IMG/VR virus record: IMGVR_UViG_3300028558_000791
Coordinates: 186,001-250,000 of that record
Reading direction: 5' to 3' (one strand)
DNA length: 64,000 bases
A program made the translations under genes and the position numbers. The stretch's first letter is position 1, and every line of letters starts with the position of its first letter. This document shows positions 9,694 through 19,364 of the stretch, piece after piece. The notes beneath the pieces were generated by a model. The model was not told the DNA's origin. It was given only the letters and a program-made list of their open reading frames with translations, and did not search any database.

Positions 9694-9954
9694 ATGACCC
9701 AGGTAACATCTTGTAACTGCATTGTTTGTGCGCAAGAGTTCGATTCAGAAGAACTCCAGAGCGTAGCGTTGTCTAAAATCAATGTAACTCGTTTCAAGAT
9801 TTGTCAGTCATGCCTTGATCATTGTGATCCAGCCGAAGACTATCGTGAAGTCCGTGAAATCATTAGTTCTTATCTTTGGTTTGCTGAGGCTAAGGGTCTA
9901 TTCAAGGAAGCTTCTGACATTTTGGATGATGTCAATTCCAAGAAGAAATCATAA
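9694..9954 (+). CDS. Small zinc-finger hypothetical protein
   Basis: CIVC and CQSC pairs; SD AGGAAG. Confidence 0.7.
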   Translation: MTQVTSCNCIVCAQEFDSEELQSVALSKINVTRFKICQSCLDHCDPAEDYREVREIISSYLWFAEAKGLFKEASDILDDVNSKKKS

Positions 9955-10101
9955 TTCTATTACGACGACTCGTGGAGTTTCTTCTTCATCGTTTGATTTC
10001 TTGCGCTCAATAGGAGGCGCCTCAAGCTCGATGTAAAGAGGTTGTAACTCTTCTTTTTTCTTTTTCTCGATTTTGTGGATAAAAGGAAAGAAATCGTTCA
10101 T
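9949..10101 (-). CDS. Small hypothetical protein, 50 aa; start refined to ATG 10101
   Basis: GGAGG SD upstream on the minus strand; MNDFFPFIHKIEKKKKEELQPLYIEL...RVVVIEL. Confidence 0.6.
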   Translation of the reverse strand: MNDFFPFIHKIEKKKKEELQPLYIELEAPPIERKKSNDEEETPRVVVIEL

Positions 10102-10139
10102 AGTCGCCTCCAATAGGGATATGCTGGAATAATGGTAAG

Positions 10140-10337
10140 ATGATGTGTTCAAATTGTTCCAAGCTAGCCTTCTTATACACTAAGAAGCAATGTATGCGCT
10201 GTCAAGGCACGGTTGTTGTCAACGTGGCCGTAATCTGTGAACTTTGTTCAACTAACGATAAGATTTGCTCCGTATGTTTGAAAAAACTTACGCCATTGCA
10301 ACCTAAGAGTGGTGGTTGCAACTGTGGTAAAAAGTGA
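10140..10337 (+). CDS. Cys-rich small protein (10 Cys in 65 aa)
   Basis: Four CxxC pairs plus C-terminal CNC. Confidence 0.7.
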   Translation: MMCSNCSKLAFLYTKKQCMRCQGTVVVNVAVICELCSTNDKICSVCLKKLTPLQPKSGGCNCGKK

Positions 10338-10367
10338 TTAGGATCCCTCGGGGTATATAGGTAAGAC

Positions 10368-10895
10368 ATGATAATCACAAATAATGAGGCCGCGCTACGT
10401 GTGTTCTGTGAACCCGTAACGATGGAAGAAGTAGGTTCTTTAATTGATACTCTCGAAAAAGAGCTAGACTATGCTAACCGTTTGGGTAAAAACGGAATTG
10501 GATTAGCAGCACCCCAAATAGGTATTGCTAAAGATATTGCTATTATACGTTTACCCAAGATTAGTTTAAATCTAATTAATGCAAGATTAACTCAAGGATT
10601 TGATCCTGCCACGTTTACAGATGAAGGTTGTTTATCTTTCCCTGGTCGTACAGAAAATACTACAAGATTCCAGGAAGTGTATATTACCAACAATCTAGTT
10701 GAGCCTCATAGTTTTGTAGCTAGCGGTTTTATCTCAGTAGTATGCCAACACGAGTTGGATCATTTGAGCTCTACTCTGTTTATGGATCGTAGCCTTCCTA
10801 AGCCGGTGCCGGTTATTAGGAAAGCCAAAGTTGGCCCTAATGAAACATGTATTTGTGGTTCGGGTAAGAAATACAAGAAGTGTTGTGGTCGCTGA
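10368..10895 (+). CDS. def: Peptide deformylase with C-terminal SEC-C zinc motif
   Basis: GIGLAAPQIG, EGCLSFP, QHELDHL; tail VGPNETCICGSGKKYKKCC is a SEC-C motif. Confidence 0.95.
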   Translation: MIITNNEAALRVFCEPVTMEEVGSLIDTLEKELDYANRLGKNGIGLAAPQIGIAKDIAIIRLPKISLNLINARLTQGFDPATFTDEGCLSFPGRTENTTRFQEVYITNNLVEPHSFVASGFISVVCQHELDHLSSTLFMDRSLPKPVPVIRKAKVGPNETCICGSGKKYKKCCGR

Positions 10896-10937
10896 ATCTC
10901 TAGCGATAACTGTTATAGAAAGATATGGGAGATTCTA

Positions 10938-11195
10938 ATGACTGACAAAAAAGATGCTAAGAACGAGCTAACTAATGATGTATTGATGGCAGATATTATG
11001 CTGCGCGTAACTGCCATTGAAAAGCTTCTAATTGAGAAGGGTGTATTTACCCAAACAGAACTAACTGCAGCTACTGAGGAAATAGCCAAAAGAGTGGCTA
11101 AGGTAGTTTTAGAGAAAGTTCAAGGCTCAAAGAATATAGAAGAGTTTGTGGCTGATTTAGAAGCTTCTTCTAAGAAAAAGGATTTTGATAACTAA
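10938..11195 (+). CDS. Small helical hypothetical protein
   Basis: 85 aa, SD GGAG. Confidence 0.7.
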   Translation: MTDKKDAKNELTNDVLMADIMLRVTAIEKLLIEKGVFTQTELTAATEEIAKRVAKVVLEKVQGSKNIEEFVADLEASSKKKDFDN

Positions 11196-11503
11196 TGCAG
11201 TTCATTACTCAAGAAGAGGAACTTCAAATTGACCTGCCATTGCAGGCTTTGTATTTTTACGCTTCCTGGATGCCCTATCATAATAAATTCATTACTATGA
11301 TAGGTAAGATTGAGGAGAAGTATAAGGATATTTCTTTTTTTGCAGTAGATGTAGACGCTTTTCCAAGTCAGTGTAAAAGGTTTTCTGTAAATTCAGTACC
11401 TGAAGTTATAATCCTAAAGGATGGGAAAGAAATAAAACGAATCAGCGGGCTGGTCTTAACCAGCGCTTTTAGAAGCGCTTTTGCTGATATATGTAGTTCT
11501 TGA
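11195..11503 (+). CDS. Thioredoxin-fold protein lacking CxxC
   Basis: LYFYASWMPYH at the WCxxC position, FAVDVD, SVPEVIILKDGKEIKRISG. Confidence 0.8.
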   Translation: MQFITQEEELQIDLPLQALYFYASWMPYHNKFITMIGKIEEKYKDISFFAVDVDAFPSQCKRFSVNSVPEVIILKDGKEIKRISGLVLTSAFRSAFADICSS

Positions 11504-11523
11504 AACTATTAAACGGAGTTTAT

Positions 11524-11856
11524 ATGCCAAAAAAAGTTGATACGACTGAAACACATGTTGAAGGTACTGAAACAGAAGCAACGCCAGCTACTAAGCCGGC
11601 TAAGACTGAAGCTCAGAAAATTTGGGAAGAGATTCAGGATCTCCCGATTCTAATGTTTGGTTTGCCAGATCAAACTGTTAACTTGCATTGTTCGCCAATT
11701 ACCGTAGAGCCATCCAGTTTATATTTGACTGTTCGCTCCAGCGCTACCCTACCATCTTTAGAGTCAGCAATCGGTTCTCGTTTTACTGTCGAATTGGCTG
11801 ATAAGTTTGTAATTGTCAAGCGTGCTCCAAAACCGCTCTTCCCTAAGAAGAAATAA
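11524..11856 (+). CDS. Hypothetical protein; start refined to ATG 11524
   Basis: SD GGAG before ATG 11524; TGATATAT at 11485-11492. Confidence 0.7.
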   Translation: MPKKVDTTETHVEGTETEATPATKPAKTEAQKIWEEIQDLPILMFGLPDQTVNLHCSPITVEPSSLYLTVRSSATLPSLESAIGSRFTVELADKFVIVKRAPKPLFPKKK

Positions 11857-11866
11857 TTGAGGTTGT

Positions 11867-12388
11867 ATGACGAATAGAAACGCACCACCTCCAGGCACAC
11901 CATTACAAAGTCCAGATGAATACACTCCTAAGGGAGCTGTTAAATCACAAGGCCAATCTATGTTTGATAACAAGCGTAGGAAGCCAACTCAGCAAGAGTT
12001 TCAACAGCAAGTTCATCAGGCTCAAGAGGTACAGTCAGGATACAAAAAGCGTGCGGCTGAATTATTCGTACAGTTTCAGCGAGCGATAATGGATAAGACT
12101 CTTCCTCAGAATCGTAACGTATTCAATGTAGAGTCAGAAAAAGAATTGCTGCAGAATATGATTCAGCTAGCAGTTGAAATTAACAATGACCCAAATGAAA
12201 GAGAGAGTGAAGGCTGTCTCACTTGGATTGTTCTTCTTCTCAAAACTTGTTTCGCTCAGAGAGATAAGTTGAATGAGCTAGAGTTTTCTATGGCTTCCCT
12301 TCAGAAAAAATTTGAGCCGGTCGCCCTTTCCGAGTTCATAAACAAAGAAATTAATAAGGCGCTTGACAAGAAAAAAGGTAGTGAATAA
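11867..12388 (+). CDS. Hypothetical helical protein
   Basis: 173 aa, SD GAGG. Confidence 0.75.
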   Translation: MTNRNAPPPGTPLQSPDEYTPKGAVKSQGQSMFDNKRRKPTQQEFQQQVHQAQEVQSGYKKRAAELFVQFQRAIMDKTLPQNRNVFNVESEKELLQNMIQLAVEINNDPNERESEGCLTWIVLLLKTCFAQRDKLNELEFSMASLQKKFEPVALSEFINKEINKALDKKKGSE

Positions 12389-12395
12389 CTTGCCT

Positions 12396-12575
12396 ATGAC
12401 CGCCAAAGAGTTACTTTTATCTTTAATTTCCGAAGAAAAAGAACGCTTCGGGCAGTATTCACAATTATGTGCTCTATACCAAGTGACCCCAGACCCAATA
12501 GCGATGGCAAGACACCAGGGGAAACTGGAAGTCCTTCAGCAGCTTTTGCGGGAAAAGATTATTACCAAGAGTTGA
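12396..12575 (+). CDS. Possible small helical protein overlapping the CHC2 gene
   Basis: ATG 7 nt after the upstream stop; amphipathic sequence MTAKELLLSLISEEKERF...GKLEVLQQLLREKII. Confidence 0.4.
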   Translation: MTAKELLLSLISEEKERFGQYSQLCALYQVTPDPIAMARHQGKLEVLQQLLREKIITKS

Positions 12576-13084
12576 TTGGCAAGGCTAACTCAGTCCCAAT
12601 CATGAAGCTGTTCAAGCATTACGGAATGCGATTGGACGCTTACAACAAGAAGTGTTCGTGCCCATTCAAATCGCACAAAGGCGGACGAGAACGTAGTCCG
12701 TCTTTTTATTTTTATCCAGACACCAACAGTTTCAACTGTTATGGTTGTAGTACTGGTGGACGTTGCTGCGATTTAGTAATGCATTTAGAAAGATGTACGA
12801 AGGTACAGGCAGCCTACAAGATACTTCAATTGTTTGGTTCTGATGTAGATGAGGATAACATCTATGACCCAGAAGATATGGCGGAACGCCTCCAAATAAT
12901 GATGGACTTTTCTAACGCCGTTCGCGAGTTTTATCAGAGTTATCCGACCGAGGAAGCAGGGGTATATGTTGAGGCAGTGTGCAAAAAATTTGACACGCTG
13001 AACCGCAAGAAAAAGCTGGATAACAAAGCTCTACAGCGAGTTGTAGAGCAATTCAAGCTATACATAACCCTATATAAACCATGA
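12467..13084 (+). CDS. CHC2 zinc-finger protein (primase zinc-binding domain) with helical C-terminus
   Basis: CSCPFKSHKGGRERSPSFYFYPDTNSFNCYGC...LVMHLE. Confidence 0.85.
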   Translation: MCSIPSDPRPNSDGKTPGETGSPSAAFAGKDYYQELIGKANSVPIMKLFKHYGMRLDAYNKKCSCPFKSHKGGRERSPSFYFYPDTNSFNCYGCSTGGRCCDLVMHLERCTKVQAAYKILQLFGSDVDEDNIYDPEDMAERLQIMMDFSNAVREFYQSYPTEEAGVYVEAVCKKFDTLNRKKKLDNKALQRVVEQFKLYITLYKP

Positions 13085-14277
13085 CTAACGCCATAATTCT
13101 TGGCGATGTGCACTTGGGTAAAGGAACGAACATCGGAAAAGGTGGTATCGGTTCTACACTGAATAGTCGCATCGTTGATCAGCTTAATCTGTTGGAATGG
13201 ACATTGGATCGTGCTGTAGAGCACCACGCAGAACATATCGTCCTTACTGGAGATATCTTCGAAGATCCAAAGCCACATCCAGCCCTAATTACATTGTTTA
13301 TTTCTTGGCTCAAAAAATGCCAAGCATATGAAGTTAATGTCCACATTATCGTGGGTAATCATGATATTCTTCGTAGCGGTCTTGTATCTACCTCGTCACT
13401 AGATATTATTAGTGAGGTAGATTTAGACGGTATTCATGTTTACAAGGACATCAATACAATCATCATTGGTACTACCGCTTTCACTATGGTACCATTTCGT
13501 GATAGAAAATCATTTACTGTAAATTCGAATGCGGATGCAATCTCGCTGGTTCGCGATAGTCTTGTCTACGAACTGGCTAGTATCCCCGACACTTATCACA
13601 AAGTTGTAATCGGACACTTAGCAATCGAAGGCTCAATCCCTGTTGGTGATGAGATTGACGATCTGGCTAATGAGTTGTTCTGCCCTCTCGATATGTTCGA
13701 GGGATACGACTATGTGTGGATGGGACACGTCCATAAACCGCAAGTTATGAAGAAGGCTAATCCGTACATCGCCCACATTGGTAGTATGGATATTTCTAAT
13801 TTCGGTGAAAGCGACCACGCTAAACACATCGTCATTTTCAACTGTGATGAGAGCAATGGTTGGTCAAGAGAGTTTTTGCCAACTAGGCCATTGCAGAAAA
13901 TCACCGTTAGTGTACCCAAAGATACTGAAGATCCAACCGCATACGTTTTAGACGAGATCAAAAAACTGGGTGTGCAAGATAAAGCGATTGTGCGCGTTGA
14001 AGTTGCGTTGACTTCCCCCGATCTCAAATCGGTCAACAAATCTACAATTGAGAAGTATCTGACGAGCCATGGAGCTTTTAACGTCAATGCAATCTCAGAG
14101 TCCAAGAAAGTCAATCTGATTAAGAAGGACAATAACAACACTATTGACTCCAAGATGGACGTGGTTGCTGCGATCAAAACATATGCGCAAACGTATATAG
14201 ATGACGCTACCAGAGCAAGCTTTATCGAGCTGGCCTTGGAAATCCATACTATCCATAAAACCGAGGGTAAAGAATGA
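13081..14277 (+). CDS. sbcD: SbcD/Mre11 metallophosphoesterase nuclease
   Basis: LGDVHLG, TGDIFE, VGNHD, IGHL, MGHVH, HIGS; coupled to the Rad50-like gene. Confidence 0.93.
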   Translation: MTNAIILGDVHLGKGTNIGKGGIGSTLNSRIVDQLNLLEWTLDRAVEHHAEHIVLTGDIFEDPKPHPALITLFISWLKKCQAYEVNVHIIVGNHDILRSGLVSTSSLDIISEVDLDGIHVYKDINTIIIGTTAFTMVPFRDRKSFTVNSNADAISLVRDSLVYELASIPDTYHKVVIGHLAIEGSIPVGDEIDDLANELFCPLDMFEGYDYVWMGHVHKPQVMKKANPYIAHIGSMDISNFGESDHAKHIVIFNCDESNGWSREFLPTRPLQKITVSVPKDTEDPTAYVLDEIKKLGVQDKAIVRVEVALTSPDLKSVNKSTIEKYLTSHGAFNVNAISESKKVNLIKKDNNNTIDSKMDVVAAIKTYAQTYIDDATRASFIELALEIHTIHKTEGKE

Positions 14278-16499
14278 AGCCATCTAGATTGTACATCGAA
14301 AACTTCATGTGCTATGATGATGCTTATATTGATTTCTCTGAATTCAGTTCAGCACTTATCGTTGGTAAAACAGAAAACAACAATGACATATCCAATGGTG
14401 TCGGTAAGACTACTATCTTCCGAGCTATTGAATATGGATTATTCAACCATTCAGATGTCAATTTAGAAAACATTGTTCGAGACGATGCAGACAGATGCAG
14501 TGTAACATTCGATTTTGCCGTTGGTGATGAAGAATACAGAGTCACGCGCACACGCACGCGTAAGGGTACAAGTGATTTAACATTATACAAGCGTACAGCG
14601 TTAGAAGGTGATGCAACCGAAGCTCTCCACAGTGTTAGTGGGGATCGCTATAAACCAATCGAAGATAAGGACGAGAAGTATTGGAAAGACATTTCTGGTC
14701 GTCGTTCTGCTGACACAGAAAAAGAACTTGGCAAATTGGTCAAGGTGAACCTAAAGTCCTTTAGGATTTTCGTGCATTTTATGCAACACGATTTCGGTGG
14801 TCTAACAACTGCCACGCCCGAGACTCGTAAAAAGATTCTTAAAGATGCCCTCAATCTAGTTATCTATTCTAAGTTGGAAAAGATTGCTAAAGACAAATCC
14901 TCGGCTTTATCTAAAGAGTCTGATAGGTTCCGTACGCTTATTGAGAATATTGGTGACCCTGATCGTGCTCTAGCTGAGATTTCTCAGAAACTTGCAGCGG
15001 CGGACCAAGAGATTGCTACCCGAGCCCTCAAAGTAGGTGAGTTTGAATCTTTGATTGCACTGGCTAATGAGACAGTCAATCAACTCATCAATGACCATGC
15101 AAATTTAGAAAGCAAGTATTCTGCCCTGGCTGCTAGAGAGCAAACTCTCAACACAGAAAAGACTAGAATAGAAACCTCTATCAAAGAGTATACTACTAAG
15201 AAGTCTAATATTGTCAAGCTGGCTAAAGAAGCTATTGTTGAGCTAAAAGAACTTGAGGAAACTCAGGTTAAGTTAGTTGGCCTAGATTTCCATCAAATAG
15301 ATATTCTATCTGAGCAGATTGTCTCTAACAAAGAGAAAAATGCTCAATTGAGCCTAACCATTCAAAATGACATGGCAAGGTCAGAAAAACTCAAGAAGCC
15401 AATCCCGCATGATGGCGAGTGCGAAGAATGCCGCCAGCCCATCACAGCCGAACACAGGAAAATTTGCCAGCAGAAGCTGAATGACGAGCTGCGTGAGAAG
15501 CAGGAGAATATCCAGAATTGCAAGAAGGACATCGCTGCCATCAACGCGCAGAACACCGTCCATCAACAAACCATTAATCATCTGACCCTGTCTAAGCAAC
15601 ATCTTGAAAGCATCAATAACAAGATTTCTTCTAAAAAGAAAGAAATGATTGATAGGCGTACTATACACGATGAGTACAAAGCGTTGTTGGATAAGTTTGG
15701 CCAAGAGCTAGAAGAAAAGATCAAAGAACTAGACGCTGTTGAGGTTGAGCTAAAGAACTCCCCAATTAAGGAGGCTAAAGTTCTAGAGAAGCGAATTCAA
15801 GAAGAGAAGCAGAAAGTAAAGCTTATTGAGCAACAGAATCTTCTTAATAACAAAGAGCTGACGCATTTCAATAGCAATAAAGCAGTTTTACAACATGACA
15901 TCAATCAACGTGCTGATGAAAAGCGCAAGAAGATTGAGTATACCAAACTTCTAAAGGAGCTTGAAGATAAGTTGGGCATGTATCCTGCCGTTGTTCAAGC
16001 ATTCTCTAGTACTGGGATTCCTAATCTGATTATCCAAAACGTATTGGATGATTTGCAGATAGAAGCTAATGCGTTGTTAACTCAGTTGAAGCCAGGTCTA
16101 CAACTTGCATTTTCAGTAGAGAAGACTGTGGAAAAGACTGGCGACCAAGCTGATACATTGGATATTCAGTATTCCATTAATGGCAAGAAGCGTTATTATG
16201 AAAACATCTCTGGCGCTATGCAGCTAGCAGTCAATTTCAGTTTGAAATTGGGCCTATCTTTCCTACTTCAAAAGCTAAGTGGTGTAGATGTCAAGTTCCT
16301 ATTGTTGGATGAAATTGACCAATCTTTGGATAAGGCTAGTGTAGATTTCTTTGCAGATATTGTGAAGTTTTTCCAGAAGGATTATTCTATTTTGGTGATT
16401 ACTCATAATGATCGTTTGAAGGATAAGTTTTCTCATGCCGTCTTGGTGGAGCAAGATATAAATATGGTATCACGAGCGCGTGTAGTATCATCATGGTAA
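14274..16499 (+). CDS. sbcC: SbcC/Rad50 SMC-like ATPase
   Basis: IENFMCY, Walker A SNGVGKTT, Q-loop FMQ, coiled coil with CEEC zinc hook, signature ISGAM, LLLDEIDQSLD, ITHN. Confidence 0.95.
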   Translation: MKPSRLYIENFMCYDDAYIDFSEFSSALIVGKTENNNDISNGVGKTTIFRAIEYGLFNHSDVNLENIVRDDADRCSVTFDFAVGDEEYRVTRTRTRKGTSDLTLYKRTALEGDATEALHSVSGDRYKPIEDKDEKYWKDISGRRSADTEKELGKLVKVNLKSFRIFVHFMQHDFGGLTTATPETRKKILKDALNLVIYSKLEKIAKDKSSALSKESDRFRTLIENIGDPDRALAEISQKLAAADQEIATRALKVGEFESLIALANETVNQLINDHANLESKYSALAAREQTLNTEKTRIETSIKEYTTKKSNIVKLAKEAIVELKELEETQVKLVGLDFHQIDILSEQIVSNKEKNAQLSLTIQNDMARSEKLKKPIPHDGECEECRQPITAEHRKICQQKLNDELREKQENIQNCKKDIAAINAQNTVHQQTINHLTLSKQHLESINNKISSKKKEMIDRRTIHDEYKALLDKFGQELEEKIKELDAVEVELKNSPIKEAKVLEKRIQEEKQKVKLIEQQNLLNNKELTHFNSNKAVLQHDINQRADEKRKKIEYTKLLKELEDKLGMYPAVVQAFSSTGIPNLIIQNVLDDLQIEANALLTQLKPGLQLAFSVEKTVEKTGDQADTLDIQYSINGKKRYYENISGAMQLAVNFSLKLGLSFLLQKLSGVDVKFLLLDEIDQSLDKASVDFFADIVKFFQKDYSILVITHNDRLKDKFSHAVLVEQDINMVSRARVVSSW

Positions 16500-16508
16500 G
16501 GGAGTTAG

Positions 16509-17147
16509 ATGTACAAAATTGCAATTTGCGGAAGAGCTAATACCGGCAAAAATACGTTAGCTAACCTTTTGTATGAAGAAGTTCATGAACGAGATAGCGC
16601 AGCGATGCTGGCTAAGTCTGGTGGTTTCACCGGGTTACAAGCATACTCTGGTAAGTTCATGGCCTTTGCTGATCCTATCAAAGAGATAGTGATGACTATG
16701 TTTCCACGAGCCAATAGAGAGTGCTTGTACGGGCCATCTCGTTTGCGTGCTGAACCTATTCCCGGCGCTTTTAAGAATGATAAGCCGCTAACCTATCGCC
16801 AGGCCCTGATTGATATTGGAACTGAAGTTGGGCGTTCCTATAGTGATAGGGTATGGTTGGAGAATTTTGACCACCGTTACGAGCAGATTCTTGTTAAGAA
16901 GAATCCGCCTAACATTGTTGTAGTGACCGACGTAAGATTCCGAAACGAATTCGATCATCTCAAAGAAAAAGGATTTTTTCAGATTCGTTTGTATCGTGAC
17001 ACTGGTGCTCCAGAGATTCAACACATCAGTGAAACAGGTCAGAGTTCAATCAAGGACGAAGAATTTGATTACGTTCTATTCAATAATAAGTCTTTAGAAG
17101 ATTTGAAAGAAGAGGTTAAGTGCCAGATCATTCCAAGGTTGATATGA
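16509..17147 (+). CDS. Deoxynucleoside monophosphate kinase (T4 gp1-like)
   Basis: IAICGRANTGKNT, AFADPIKE, YRQALIDIGTEVGR, VVTDVRFRNE, HISET. Confidence 0.9.
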   Translation: MYKIAICGRANTGKNTLANLLYEEVHERDSAAMLAKSGGFTGLQAYSGKFMAFADPIKEIVMTMFPRANRECLYGPSRLRAEPIPGAFKNDKPLTYRQALIDIGTEVGRSYSDRVWLENFDHRYEQILVKKNPPNIVVVTDVRFRNEFDHLKEKGFFQIRLYRDTGAPEIQHISETGQSSIKDEEFDYVLFNNKSLEDLKEEVKCQIIPRLI

Positions 17148-17497
17148 TGCAATGGGCTATTAATAAGTTTGTATCTGTACAAATGAGCGTAGAAGCCCTC
17201 AAACAAAACTTTGTACCTAAGTACCTGGCGACAGGAGAACGGAAATTCTATCGCTTTCTACTACTTTACGCCCTAAATAAACTAATCTATATTGAAAAGG
17301 GTTCTTTCAAAGGAACATCACCCGAATTAGAATTCCTAGATTATCATGAGCAGTTCATAATTCTGTATAGAAGAGAAGGTGAGGACGTTTATTTAGAGCT
17401 AGCCCGCTGTTTTAGACGAGCTGCCCATAAAGTTTATCGAGTCATGCTAAAGAAGAAAATGACCGAAAGAAACGCAAAGTTCCTCAATTTGGTATAA
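17144..17497 (+). CDS. Hypothetical protein; start refined to ATG 17144
   Basis: ATGA overlap with the kinase stop codon. Confidence 0.7.
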   Translation: MMQWAINKFVSVQMSVEALKQNFVPKYLATGERKFYRFLLLYALNKLIYIEKGSFKGTSPELEFLDYHEQFIILYRREGEDVYLELARCFRRAAHKVYRVMLKKKMTERNAKFLNLV

Positions 17498-17498
17498 A

Positions 17499-18527
17499 AT
17501 GGCAGTTATTAGCGTTACGATTACACAATCAGCAGAGCAAGTAGTTTCAGGAATCCCTAAAACAGTTTCTATCACTACCAACATTCCTGCTACCATTTTC
17601 TATACGCTAGACGGCATTGACCCAACCCTGTTCTCTAATATGTACACGGGTCCGATTTTCCTACCATTCAGTTCTCTATTAGTTACCTTGAAGGTATTAG
17701 CTACTAACGGAACAGATTCCTCTCCAATTGTTATTGAACAATACATGACTAACATAGTGGATGGCAACGCCCGCCTACCTCATGCAGGAACTACTGCTGA
17801 AGCTGGAAGTGTAATCCCAGACGCTTACCCTTTTGGAACGCCTCCGTACCAACCACAGCAAGGCTATACTAACCCCGCCGATGCTGGACCTTACACAGTT
17901 TACAACACTGCCTTACCCGCTACGCCAACCGGCTATGATGGTAAGGGTAACCCAACCGGATTCACTAACCAACCATACGACTCTACTAACTATCAGATTA
18001 CTTATACTGATAGGGATGCTACGGGTAACCAAGGCGGGTTTATTGGCAACATGCCAGGCAAGACTACACTTCCTTACCCAAGTGATGTGCAGCCAGACAA
18101 GGGCCAACTATCAGGACAGGGCCCAGAGCAGACTCAGCAATTTACAGCATTGTTCGATCCAAGGGCGATGGTTATCTTCCAAGACTTTAGTAAAGAGGAC
18201 CCAAACGATCCTCCACAGATTAACAGACAGTTCTTCACGCTTGAGAATCCCGAGAGAGCTAGAGATGGTACATTCTATTTCAATACCGGTTTGGACGCCT
18301 CTGCCCCAATCAGCGGTTCTTTCGTAAGGGCTCACTACAACCCACGTACCAACACTATCACACACTATTACAGAGACTCCTGGTCTAACAAATGGATTAT
18401 TTCTACGGCCCCATATCAACCAAGCGGAACGTTTGACGGAAACATGGCAGCGAGTGCTATGGGAACCAAGAGCGGCGCTGGTGTTGTTTTCGAGTGGCTG
18501 CCATTTGCAAGACGCGTTCTCTTCTAA
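17499..18527 (+). CDS. Hypothetical protein with N-terminal Fn3-associated/chitobiase-C-like beta domain
   Basis: VSITT..PATIFYTLDGIDPT...YTGPI...TLKVLA; Thr/Gly/Pro-rich remainder resembles a structural protein. Confidence 0.65.
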   Translation: MAVISVTITQSAEQVVSGIPKTVSITTNIPATIFYTLDGIDPTLFSNMYTGPIFLPFSSLLVTLKVLATNGTDSSPIVIEQYMTNIVDGNARLPHAGTTAEAGSVIPDAYPFGTPPYQPQQGYTNPADAGPYTVYNTALPATPTGYDGKGNPTGFTNQPYDSTNYQITYTDRDATGNQGGFIGNMPGKTTLPYPSDVQPDKGQLSGQGPEQTQQFTALFDPRAMVIFQDFSKEDPNDPPQINRQFFTLENPERARDGTFYFNTGLDASAPISGSFVRAHYNPRTNTITHYYRDSWSNKWIISTAPYQPSGTFDGNMAASAMGTKSGAGVVFEWLPFARRVLF

Positions 18528-18569
18528 ATCGATATATAAGTATTACACATTAAACGGAAGATTTACTAA

Positions 18570-19355
18570 ATGATAGATGAATTGCGCCTCTCGGTTAGCA
18601 AAACCAAAACTTTTTTGGATTGCAAGGCCAAGTTTAAGTTTTGCTATATCGAAAAGCTGCCTCGTAAAGAATGGGAATTCCATACTTTCGGGAAGTTCTG
18701 CCACTCTGTTTTAGAATACTTTCATCAACAGTATATTGATGGAAGTACGCTTCCATATAGTACGGTTATGACGGACGGTTTCAAGCAAGCTTGGGCTGAG
18801 TATAAAGACAGAATGACTCCTGAGATGAAGAAGGAGTGCTGGGATATTATCAATCAATATCTCAAGCTGGTCACCAAAGATAAACAAAACGGCCTGCCTG
18901 CCAACGTAATTGCGGCAGAAAAAAGATTCGACTTTCCGATCACGGATAATATTGTTTTAAACGGAGCAATTGACAGAATCCAACTGGATGCCGATAATGT
19001 TCTCCACGTAGCCGACTACAAAACGACCAAACATAAAAAATATCTGAAGAACGATTGGTTCCAACTCTTGACATATGCTTACGTCTTGTATCATGACGAT
19101 CCTACTATCACGAAGGTAAGAGGATCTTACGTTTTACTGAGACACAATTTTGAGTATATTACAACAGAGTTTTCTTTGGCTGATATCTTGTCGGTCAAGG
19201 ATAAGTTTGAAGAGTACGCAGCTAAGATGAGAGCGGAGAAAGAATTTCCGCCAACACCGACTAATCTTTGTAACTACTGCGACTACTTACAAGAATGCCC
19301 GGCCGGTAAGAGCAAGGCTTATGATCAACAAGTTTACGGTGAAGTTAACTGGTAA
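18570..19355 (+). CDS. PD-(D/E)XK nuclease, Cas4/AddB/RecB-like
   Basis: LSVSKTKTFLDCKAKF, GKFCH, GAIDRI, ADYKT, QLLTY, C-terminal CNYCDYLQEC (split four-Cys Fe-S arrangement). Confidence 0.9.
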   Translation: MIDELRLSVSKTKTFLDCKAKFKFCYIEKLPRKEWEFHTFGKFCHSVLEYFHQQYIDGSTLPYSTVMTDGFKQAWAEYKDRMTPEMKKECWDIINQYLKLVTKDKQNGLPANVIAAEKRFDFPITDNIVLNGAIDRIQLDADNVLHVADYKTTKHKKYLKNDWFQLLTYAYVLYHDDPTITKVRGSYVLLRHNFEYITTEFSLADILSVKDKFEEYAAKMRAEKEFPPTPTNLCNYCDYLQECPAGKSKAYDQQVYGEVNW

Positions 19356-19364
19356 GAGGAAACA

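Noticed and set aside
18570-19355. Cas4-like nuclease as evidence of a CRISPR-Cas locus
   Set aside because: No repeat-spacer array or other cas genes seen; solo Cas4/RecB-like nucleases are common in phages.
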